Shown: in pieces, positions 36,508-45,300 of the stretch | How the letters are laid out: every line of letters begins with the position of its first letter | Position numbering within the stretch: position 1 is the first letter of the stretch | Source: Ignavibacteriaceae bacterium | GTDB lineage: Bacteria; Bacteroidota; Ignavibacteria; Ignavibacteriales; Ignavibacteriaceae | Assembly (NCBI GenBank): GCA_023231105.1 | Contig: JALNWB010000001.1 | Span: 18,276-82,275 of the forward strand | DNA: 64,000 nt | Direction: 5' to 3' | Position numbers and translations under genes: made by a program | The notes under the pieces: model-generated | The model's database searches: none | Seen by the model: only the letters and a program-made list of their open reading frames with translations | Told to the model about the DNA's origin: nothing

Positions 36508-36549
36508 TTCAAATTTCAACCCTTCGGAGAAAATCGCATTCCTTAAATA
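36508..36549 (+). promoter_or_regulatory. late regulatory element copy B
   Basis: The core lies at 36515-36530 and TTAAAT at 36543-36548, upstream of the protease-scaffold gene. Confidence 0.6.
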
Positions 36550-36574
36550 TGCAATAAAAAAAGAGTGAACAATT

Positions 36575-37951
36575 TTGAATAACACGTTTGAATTTTTTGC
36601 ACCGGCTTATTTGGTTAAAAGCGGAAGTAAAACCGAACCTTACAAGGTTGGCGGAACAATTTCTACAGAGAACCGGGATACTGATAATGAAATAATGAAG
36701 AGTATCGATTGGAGTTATTTCACTTCCGGTTTTGGCAAAATTAAATACGAACATAAGGATATCCCAGAACCGCATTGTTTTATTGGCTTTCCGACAAAGT
36801 TAGGGAAGAGCGGGAAATCATGGAACTTTGAAGGAGAACTTGTTGCATACGATCCGGAATTGCCGGATGAGAAATTAACACAACAGCAAAAACTTGCAAA
36901 AAGCACGGTTACTCTTTTACAGCACATGGATGAATTTAATAAACGTCATCCAAATGCGATGCAAAAAGCGGGATGGAGTGTTGAGGGAGAATATTTGTCG
37001 AAAAGCAAGGACGGGGTTGTTTCGGCAAGAGTTGTAAATGTAGTATTTACAACTAAACCACGGAACAGAGAAACGTTTGCAAAATTAGTTAAGAGTTTAG
37101 AAGTGGGGTATGGAATGACACCCGATACACAAACGGGATTTGGGGCGACAAGAAAAGAATCAATTGATCATAACATTAAACTAAATGGAGTTACAAAAAT
37201 GGAAACGAAAAATGATGTGTACAAAAAATGCTTAGCCAAAGGGATGAAACCGGAAGAGGCTAAGAAAGCGGCTGATGAATTTGAAGCAAAGCAAAAAGGA
37301 GAGATGAACGAAAGTTTTGAGACCGCTGCAAAATCATTGGGCACGGCGAAATTATCTCTTCAAAAATCGCTTGATACAGCTAAATCAATCTCTGAAATAG
37401 AGTTTGAAGTTGATATTAAAGCGCAGGAAAAAAGTTTGCAAAAATCAATCGCGCTGATGAACAAAGGCGGAGAAGAAGCAGATATTTCCGATTACCTTGA
37501 AAAATCCTCTGAAATTTCTTTGAACGCATTGAAAGCGCTGGACGCAATTAATCAAAAAGTTGATCTGTTGGCAAAATCGATTGTTCTTTTAGCAGAAGGA
37601 CAGTTGAATCAAGTCTCAGGTGATGAACATTTGGTAAAATCTCTTGATTTGGTGAATAACCAAGTTGAAGATCAACGGATGGGACTTTTAACCTTGGTGA
37701 GCAAGCTTAGAAAAAGTACCGGCAATAATTTGTTGACCGACAATATCACTTTTGCTGAAAACAACAAGGATTTAGGGACAGGCGTAGAACTTAACAAAGC
37801 GCAAAAAGTAAAAGTGCTTGAAAAATTGGTTGCGGAAAAATCGGTTGACGAAATTGTTTTGGTTGACTTTAGCGCCGGTGGTACACAGGCAACTTTGCCG
37901 GAATCGGTTGAACAGTTGGTGAAATCAAAAGCTGTTGACATGTTCAAGTAA
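36575..37951 (+). CDS. prohead protease (HK97/S78-like) fused to coiled-coil scaffolding domain
   Basis: A TTG start follows late element copy B. KIKYEHKD is the His region, AGWSVEGEY is a G.S.G-type Ser region, and VVNVVFTTKPRNRETF corresponds to the evSlV..PAn strand. The C-terminal 270 aa are helical and Lys/Glu-rich, as expected of a scaffold. Confidence 0.65.
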   Translation: MNNTFEFFAPAYLVKSGSKTEPYKVGGTISTENRDTDNEIMKSIDWSYFTSGFGKIKYEHKDIPEPHCFIGFPTKLGKSGKSWNFEGELVAYDPELPDEKLTQQQKLAKSTVTLLQHMDEFNKRHPNAMQKAGWSVEGEYLSKSKDGVVSARVVNVVFTTKPRNRETFAKLVKSLEVGYGMTPDTQTGFGATRKESIDHNIKLNGVTKMETKNDVYKKCLAKGMKPEEAKKAADEFEAKQKGEMNESFETAAKSLGTAKLSLQKSLDTAKSISEIEFEVDIKAQEKSLQKSIALMNKGGEEADISDYLEKSSEISLNALKALDAINQKVDLLAKSIVLLAEGQLNQVSGDEHLVKSLDLVNNQVEDQRMGLLTLVSKLRKSTGNNLLTDNITFAENNKDLGTGVELNKAQKVKVLEKLVAEKSVDEIVLVDFSAGGTQATLPESVEQLVKSKAVDMFK

Positions 37952-38019
37952 GAAAATGTTAATACATAAGAAAAATTAACAAGTAACTTTTAATAATATA
38001 AAAAATTGGAGTAAATAAA

Positions 38020-39453
38020 ATGGACGATTTAATGTTTGGCGAACTTGCCGTAAACGGATCAGCTTATGGCGGCGCATCAACAGTAAAAGAACTCCAGGAC
38101 TTAGCCAAAGCTCTTGAGGTTGGTTATGCGATGGGGACAACGGACCAAACCGGATTTGGAGCCACAAGACTTGAAAGCCTTGACCCGGTTGTAAAATGGC
38201 TTACCCTAAACGAATCTTCCCCGGCATTCTTTAGAGCAATACGAAAAGGGAAGGCTTCCAGCACGGTTGAAGAATTTGTAACCATGAATGAGGTAGGAGA
38301 TGCTAATTTTTATTCTGAAGGCGGATTACCGGACGAATATGATGAAGATATCCGAAGAGAATTTGAGCAGGTAAAATACATCGGAACCGTAGGTAAAATT
38401 CCTTTGCAGGCTTTAATGGTAAAAAGCAATACCAATAACGAAGCGCTTGTTACAAGAGCCAAAGCACTTGCGATAATGAAAACCGCAGATAGCAAAATAA
38501 TCTATGGTGATGCTGCTCGTAATCCTTACGAATGGAATGGTTATTACAAACAATTTAAAACAAAAGCAAAGAATGTAAGCCAAAACACAATTGATTTGCG
38601 CGGTAAACGTGTTAGACCGGAAACCTTAAATGAATCGGTACAAATTATTGCCGATAACTGGGGAAACGCAAATAACGTAAAATGCTGGATGAGCGCCAAA
38701 GATTTTCAATTTTATACCGATGAATTGTTAGCCGGTAGAAGATTTGTGGTAGGAAGTTCTGAAGCCCGTGATCTTATCGCTTCCGCGAAAAGATTTGAAC
38801 TTGGGAACGGAAAAGGAAATATTGAAACCGATATTCTTTTGAAATACAAGGGTCAAAATTATATAGGCGCAGAGTATCCTAAAACAAACACCGCGATGAC
38901 AGTATTTGCAGCAACAAACAGCAAAGCACCAGCCACCCTTAACTCAAGCACTGCAACTATTTCAGTTGATACTGATGCAGCTACCTTGCTTGACGCAGCA
39001 ACTTACGATTACGCATTTGTACCGGTTAATAAATACGGTGCGGGCGCAGCATTTGAAGTTAAAACAAACGTTGTTGCAGCTTCTAAACGCTGTACTTTTA
39101 CCTTAACTGATAACGGTTCACCTTCAGGACAAGAAGCAACAAGTTTTGATATTTACCGTAAACTTTCATCCGCAACTGCAATTACAAGTTATAGATATTT
39201 AACTTCGTTTACAGCAGCCGAAGCAAAGATCGATAACGGTGAATGGATACCGGGAGCGACTAATATTTTCTTATGGGATTGGGACTTTGAACAAGTACTC
39301 GATTTCCGTCAATTACTGCCAATGACTAAGATGGGATTGGCTCAAATTGATGATTCCAAGAGATGGATGCAAAAATTATGGGCAGTGCCGATTCTTGTAG
39401 CACCAAACAAAATGGTGATGATAAAGAACGCGGGTTCTACTGCTTGGGCTTAA
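38020..39453 (+). CDS. major capsid protein
   Basis: This 477-aa protein lies directly after the protease-scaffold gene, and GGAG lies upstream of its ATG. A large hairpin follows it. Its N-terminal segment shares a 26-aa motif with the protease-scaffold protein. Confidence 0.7.
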   Translation: MDDLMFGELAVNGSAYGGASTVKELQDLAKALEVGYAMGTTDQTGFGATRLESLDPVVKWLTLNESSPAFFRAIRKGKASSTVEEFVTMNEVGDANFYSEGGLPDEYDEDIRREFEQVKYIGTVGKIPLQALMVKSNTNNEALVTRAKALAIMKTADSKIIYGDAARNPYEWNGYYKQFKTKAKNVSQNTIDLRGKRVRPETLNESVQIIADNWGNANNVKCWMSAKDFQFYTDELLAGRRFVVGSSEARDLIASAKRFELGNGKGNIETDILLKYKGQNYIGAEYPKTNTAMTVFAATNSKAPATLNSSTATISVDTDAATLLDAATYDYAFVPVNKYGAGAAFEVKTNVVAASKRCTFTLTDNGSPSGQEATSFDIYRKLSSATAITSYRYLTSFTAAEAKIDNGEWIPGATNIFLWDWDFEQVLDFRQLLPMTKMGLAQIDDSKRWMQKLWAVPILVAPNKMVMIKNAGSTAWA

Positions 39454-39477
39454 CGGATTAACAAACAAACAAATTTC

Positions 39478-39513
39478 TATTCCCCTCTTCCGTTTATGCG
39501 GCGGAGGGGAATA
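39478..39513 (+). terminator. large hairpin after the major capsid gene (possible terminator or RNA-stability element)
   Basis: A 10-bp stem (TATTCCCCTC/GAGGGGAATA) contains an inner CCG/CGG stem. No U-run follows, so termination activity is uncertain. Confidence 0.4.
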
Positions 39514-39539
39514 AATTAAAACACATCAGAGGCTAAAAA

Positions 39540-39971
39540 ATGGTTAAGCATACATACCTTAAAAATTTAACGTTAAATGTACCAACTTCCGTTAACAGTA
39601 CGGGCAAACTTCACTTGGATGAAGACGGTTGTATAGTTGAGGAATTGAGTTTTGAGCAAGAGAGCGAATTGATTGATCACCCGGATTTTGTTACAGTAGA
39701 AAGTGAAAAGTCGCAAGTAGAAAGCAAAGAGTTGCAATCCGCCGAAGGCGGAGAAAGTAACGATCAAGAGAACAACCAAGAGCAAGAAGAAAAAACCGCA
39801 GAGCAAGAGAGCGGAGAAAATTCTGAAGGGAAAGCCGGGGAACAATCCGAAGACGAACTAAAAGAATTGGATACTAAAATTGTAAACGGGAAAGGGTTCA
39901 TCTACAAGAAAAACGTGAAAGATGTTTTGATGTGGTTACGGCATCCAGAGCTTGATGAAAAGGGTAAATAA
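39540..39971 (+). CDS. hypothetical highly acidic protein
   Basis: A low-complexity tract is present (ESEKSQVESKELQSAEGGESNDQENNQEQEEKTAEQESGENSEGKAGEQSEDE). Confidence 0.5.
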   Translation: MVKHTYLKNLTLNVPTSVNSTGKLHLDEDGCIVEELSFEQESELIDHPDFVTVESEKSQVESKELQSAEGGESNDQENNQEQEEKTAEQESGENSEGKAGEQSEDELKELDTKIVNGKGFIYKKNVKDVLMWLRHPELDEKGK

Positions 39972-40331
39972 ATGTTGGTAATAGAAGTGTTGATTTATCT
40001 TGCCGCTGTTTTTTTGTTGACGGCGTTTGGAGCGTTACTTTATATTGTATTGACTAATCCGTACAGAGATAAATTATTAAAAAGATTAGATACAATGTTA
40101 TGCGAGAAAGACGGTTTTTGGAGTAGTACCCGTTTCAGATTTCTCTTGGAAACACTTATTGCTAACGCATCATTTTGGGGATTGGTAATTTATCTAACCA
40201 TAAAGAACAGCAAATTTCCCAACATCCCGGAAAGCATTTTAATTGCTTACGGAGGCATACAGATAATTTCAGCAGTATTAAAATTTAAACAGAAAACCGT
40301 TGAGACGGAAGAACCGGCAGAAGAGAAGTAG
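39972..40331 (+). CDS. small membrane protein (3 predicted TM helices)
   Basis: The predicted helices are VLIYLAAVFLLTAFGALLYIVL, ANASFWGLVIYLTI and ILIAYGGIQIISAVL. Confidence 0.5.
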   Translation: MLVIEVLIYLAAVFLLTAFGALLYIVLTNPYRDKLLKRLDTMLCEKDGFWSSTRFRFLLETLIANASFWGLVIYLTIKNSKFPNIPESILIAYGGIQIISAVLKFKQKTVETEEPAEEK

Positions 40332-40340
40332 AGATGTGCA

Positions 40341-41417
40341 ATGAAGACAATAAAAAAAGGGATTTCACAACTTATAACCCTTGATCAGACATTATTAGGC
40401 AGCGGAAAACACGTTTACTTGACGATGATCGGTGAAGACGGTTCGGTGATTAAAAACTCTTCAGCGGCAGATATAAAAGATTTATCACTTTCCTACAACG
40501 CAACTTCATCTCTCTATGAAGCAGCCGTAACTGTAGCCTCGGATGAGCCGGAACAATATGTCCGGCTCTTCTTTTATGCTACAGACGCGAACGTAGAGAA
40601 TAAATATTATCCGGAAGATGCAAAATTGGAAGCAGTAGCCGGCATAATTACAACCGAGGCTGAAATTGTACCGGTACAGTTTTTTATTGATTATGTTCTG
40701 GCTTCTTCAAGCAGATTAGACCCGGCGTATGAAGCGGCGATAACGGCTTTTTCGGAGGATAGAGCGGGATTAAGAAGTTACTTAAAGAGCGCACAAGATA
40801 CTCTTGAAAAACAATGCGAGCTTTATTTTACCGAACGGACAAAGACCGAGAACCGTGATAATTATTTTGAAAAATTCAGTATGAATCTTTGGCAAATACA
40901 AGTTTATAACCCACCAATAAATGATTTAACAAGTGTAAAGATAAAGTACGGCAATACCGAGTTAATGGGTATTGGTGTTGATCTTTTTACGTTTGACCGC
41001 ATGACGGGAATAATTGAATTTTTACCTTTACCAACTGGTGGAACAGCAGGGCTTTATACTTTGCTGTTAGGCAGTTTAAGCGCGTTGGGTTTATCTGTTT
41101 TAACCGGCGGAGCGCTGGAACGGATACCAAACTTTTTTGAGGTAACGTACAAAACGGGGTTAGTTTATGCAGGCGCAGACCCGTTTGAAGTTGAAGGGAT
41201 AAGACAGGCTATTTGCCGCAGAGCATTCCTAAGTTTGGTCCATCATGTAGATCCCGCGGCAAGAGTAGTTAGCGAAAGTGAAAGCATTGACGGAGTTGCA
41301 AGCAGTATTAGTTCGGGAGTTGCTAAGGTAATTACCGAACTGAAACAGGACGAAGTAAGTTATTTAAACGGTTTGCGGCAGAAGTACGGGAAGAACTTTA
41401 ATGTAGTTATCGGGTAA
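40341..41417 (+). CDS. virion structural protein (head-completion/neck candidate, by position)
   Basis: The ORF sits in the head module and has no recognisable motif. Confidence 0.45.
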   Translation: MKTIKKGISQLITLDQTLLGSGKHVYLTMIGEDGSVIKNSSAADIKDLSLSYNATSSLYEAAVTVASDEPEQYVRLFFYATDANVENKYYPEDAKLEAVAGIITTEAEIVPVQFFIDYVLASSSRLDPAYEAAITAFSEDRAGLRSYLKSAQDTLEKQCELYFTERTKTENRDNYFEKFSMNLWQIQVYNPPINDLTSVKIKYGNTELMGIGVDLFTFDRMTGIIEFLPLPTGGTAGLYTLLLGSLSALGLSVLTGGALERIPNFFEVTYKTGLVYAGADPFEVEGIRQAICRRAFLSLVHHVDPAARVVSESESIDGVASSISSGVAKVITELKQDEVSYLNGLRQKYGKNFNVVIG

Positions 41418-41443
41418 TTAGGAATTAGGAATTAGGAATAAAC
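41416..41443 (+). repeat. tandem heptamer array, AATTAGG type (3 perfect units plus 1 degenerate)
   Basis: The units are AATTAGG AATTAGG AATTAGG AATAAAC. The array starts inside the TAA stop of the gene at 40341. Confidence 0.9.
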
Positions 41444-41575
41444 TTGGAACAATATTTTGAAGCCGTTAGAAAATTGCCGGTTGGGGATTGGAAAGTAATT
41501 GCGGAGTTCCATAGGATAATTATGAATTATAAAAAGATGAAGCGGTTAGCTGATAAGCATAAAATAAAATGTTAA
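41444..41575 (+). CDS. possible small ORF (43 aa, TTG start)
   Basis: An open frame begins directly after four AATTAGG-type heptamers and overlaps the next start. It is weakly supported. Confidence 0.2.
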   Translation: MEQYFEAVRKLPVGDWKVIAEFHRIIMNYKKMKRLADKHKIKC

Positions 41576-42360
41576 AAATTATTGATGAAAATATTGTACG
41601 GAGTCTAAGACGGTTCGGGCAAACGGTAAAGCATTACCCGGGCACGTTGTGCAGTTGCATTGGTGAAAATAACGGTGTGCCGTTATTAAACCATACTTGC
41701 AACCAGGGTTATTATTACGGAGCGCCGGAAACAATTATTGCAATACGCACGGCGATATCTTACAAATACCTAAACACGCCGCAAGGGGTAATTTATGACG
41801 GAGGCGCAACATTTACCATCCCAAGATTGAATTTAAGCGGAGCCGAACAGAGAGCTTATTCTGTTATTACGCACGGAGATATTTTGGTTTGTGATAATAA
41901 GACCAGACGTGACACAGATATACTGAAGCGTGGAACCCGTGATTTTATTTACGCTTTTGATATTACCGAAGTAATTGGCATATACCGTAACAACACAAAA
42001 TATGATGCAACGGATTACACAATTATTGAGGATGATTATAAAACGTTACTTGGTGATGACGGTTTACCGCTTACCGATGAGAACGGAGTACCAACGGGAG
42101 AAGTAAGAGACAAAGCGGATATTGTGGGTAAATTAATGGCGGTTGTTTGGGCAACCGGCAAAGGACCGGCAACGGGTGAAAGTTACACGGTGGAATTCAT
42201 TTGTGCTCAACAGTTTAAAGTATGGGAAGATGCGGGAAGTGATAGGGGAACGGATGAAAACAGACTACCGAAAAAGATGCTTACCGTATTAAGAAGATTT
42301 GTTACACCGGTGGAAAATAACCTTGACACCGTAGAAACGACACAGGAGTTGTACACATGA
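41569..42360 (+). CDS. virion structural protein (by position)
   Basis: An ATG ORF coupled by ATGA to polyvalent protein 3. Confidence 0.45.
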   Translation: MLKIIDENIVRSLRRFGQTVKHYPGTLCSCIGENNGVPLLNHTCNQGYYYGAPETIIAIRTAISYKYLNTPQGVIYDGGATFTIPRLNLSGAEQRAYSVITHGDILVCDNKTRRDTDILKRGTRDFIYAFDITEVIGIYRNNTKYDATDYTIIEDDYKTLLGDDGLPLTDENGVPTGEVRDKADIVGKLMAVVWATGKGPATGESYTVEFICAQQFKVWEDAGSDRGTDENRLPKKMLTVLRRFVTPVENNLDTVETTQELYT

Positions 42361-45300
42361 TAATTACATTATTTGGAAAGTCAATAAAATTTGGGAAGAA
42401 CCCGAACCAGATAGATATGTTTGCAACCGCCGGAGCGGAAAAGGAATTTGCGCCAGGGGATAAACGCAGACTTGAACTTACAAGCGGCGGGAAGTTGCGT
42501 TGGAAGAATGCGGATGAGGAAGGGAGTGGAAAGTTGAAGGTTGAAAGTGGAAAGAATGCAACTCCGAACAATCAAAACATTAGAGAGGAAAAAGGTTTAT
42601 TCAAAGAAGCGTATGAACAAACGCAAGATGAATATGCGCAAAAGATGTTCAGAGGACCAATAGCTGAAGTTAAAAAATTTAAAGACCCGAATGATTTGGA
42701 AGATATTGCAATCTCTAACGAACAGCACAAAGTTATTATTAAACACGCTATTCGAGAAGGTAAAGAGATCCCGGATGCAGTAATTGAACCTTACAAAAAT
42801 TCGCATTGGGCGAAGGAATATTTGAGTAAAAAAGTTGATTACTCACAAGAGCTTATAAACACCGCGCAAACAAGTAAGACTTTCGATAAGTTTTTAACAA
42901 ATGTTAGAATCCATGTATTCCCAAACGAGTTTCTTAAAAAAGAGTTGGGGTTAGGAGATGACAACGTACAAAATAGAAAAAAACTTAATGACTATTACAA
43001 CAGGCAAAAAGCAGAGCATAGAGAACAACGTAAAAAAGATAAAGAAGAAGGGGATAAGGCAATTGCCGAATTGCATGTAGATCAAATAGAAAAATTAGCA
43101 CTTCAACAGTATGGCGGGAAAGTGGGGAAAGAAAAAAAGATTGATGATGATAAAATTGCAGAGTTGTATAGGAATAGCCCGATATCTATTCAAGTGGATA
43201 AGATGAGCAATAAAGCGCAAGAAATTTATAATAACGCCGGGAACCAGGCAGAAAAACAAATTGCATTTGATCTTTGGAATTATGGGAATGGGATACAGGA
43301 TGAGTTTGTAGAAAAGTACGTTAAAGGGGAAAAGATAAGTACTGAAGATGTTATGGAAGTAAAGAGAATTGCAAACATATTGATAAAAGGCGCTGATGAA
43401 GAATTTGAGAAAGTAAAAAATGGGAGTAAGGCAAAAATTACGATCAAGAAAAAGAAAGAAGAGCCGGTTAAAAAAGAACCTTGGGAGAGAACTTTATCGG
43501 ATATGATACAAAATGAAATTACAAACCGTGAAATTTTTGGACCGGAAAGTTATCCTAAATGGATAACGGATAATACTAAAGTGGAAATTGCAGACCGAAG
43601 AACCGGAATTGTTTATGATCATTTTACTCTTGCAAGCCCAACACAGGAAAGATTAAAACATTATGGGAAACTTGCACATTATGAAATTATAAAGCGAGCC
43701 TTAGTTGACGGCAAGCCCGTACCGCCGGAAGTGTTGAGGGATTATCCGGAGTTGGAAAAGGAAACTTCACTTATAAGTGAATTACCTTTTACTGCATCAT
43801 TAAAAAAAGATTTAGAAAGTTACGGCGAAAAGACAAAAAATATTTTAGTTGAAGGGACGTATCAACCATTTGCTGATTGGTTTAAGAAACAATACCCGGA
43901 TCAAGAATTTAAAATCGGTAAACATCAAGATGGAGGACCATTTATCGCTATAACTGGAGGAGGAGAAATTAGATATTCAGCTTATCAGAAAGATAATTCT
44001 GAAAACGAAATAAAATTATCAAAGTTAAAAAAACGGAAAGAAGTTCTTGGGGAAAAACTTTACTCCGAGAAACTTAAAAATCACAAGAAAGTATCTAATA
44101 TTGGTTTTGGCACAAATATGAGGGGATATCAAAAAACGAAACAATTAAGTTTTAGAAGAGAAGATGAATTGCAACAAAAAATAAAAGAGATTAACGAAGA
44201 AATAAAAGATTTATTACCAAAGAATGTTAGTGAATCAAATAAAAGCATCTTCAAAAATTTATTTAAAGCCTTTGGGAAACAAATATCAATGTTTGGAGCG
44301 CAGCCATATCAAAAGGAAGGGCAGACGAAAGAGGGACGCGGAGGCACGTTGAAATTAACGAGGGACAGCTCGGGAAAGGGAGCGCATTGGAAGTTAGTCG
44401 GCAAAGGGCAATCGGCAGTGGACGGTCAGCAGTCGGCAGTTGGCAGTGGGCAAGAAAAACAAACTGGCGGAAAGATAATTACTCCGGCTAATGCTTTTGA
44501 ATTGTTGCAGGATAAAATTGGTAATAGTGTGTTACTGCAGGACAATGAAGGAAACTTGTTAGGTGAGGGAGCGTTACAGCTTGTGAACGAAAACAGTGAA
44601 GGCAATTATTCTTTGTTCTTAAAAGAGGCAAATGGATTTGATTCTCTCGTATCGATACCAAAGAACCAGGCAGTTGTACAGAAGGAAGACGGGATAAGTT
44701 TTAAGTTTGCAGATAAGAATATTTTAATATCAACAATTGAGAAAAGCAAAATTCCCAATAAGCCGGTTGAAATGGAAAAAGCCGAAGAGAACGCGAAACA
44801 TGCGCGTAACTTAGAGAAGATGCGGAATTTTAACGAATGGCAAAAGAAAGCCGACAGTTATGCAAGAACAGCGAACGGGCAAAAGGATTGGTTTTTTGGT
44901 GATATGGAAATTGCCGCCGACGCTGAAGGTTTAGAGTTTGGAGTGAAGAACCGCATCATTAAAAAAGCCGATACACTGTTTAAGGAAATAAAGAGGAACG
45001 CAACAAGGGATGATAAGGCTGAGATATACAGCGCACTAATCGGAGCATTTGAAGTGAAAAGCGTTGCTAAGGCAAAAGCTGTTATTTCCAACTTAAAGAA
45101 GAAGGGGTATGAAATAGACGCTGATCAGTTGGACCAACCGAAGGATAAAGAAAACTTTTTTACAAGGATAAAAATAAGCAAAGGGGAAAACGATCCTTTG
45201 CCGAAGGAGTTGCAGTTTGCAACCGGTGAATATGCCTTGGCATTTGAAGAGTGCGCGAAGAAACCAAATCCTTTAAGAGAAACAGAAATGAGTTTGGGCT

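Noticed and set aside
41416-41443. The (TTAGGAA)n array could be read as telomere-like sequence (TTAGG/TTAGGG type).
   Set aside because: The unit is 7 nt (AATTAGG), not TTAGG(G). The arrays are short (2-5 units), internal and located at gene junctions. Nothing suggests chromosome ends or a protelomerase.
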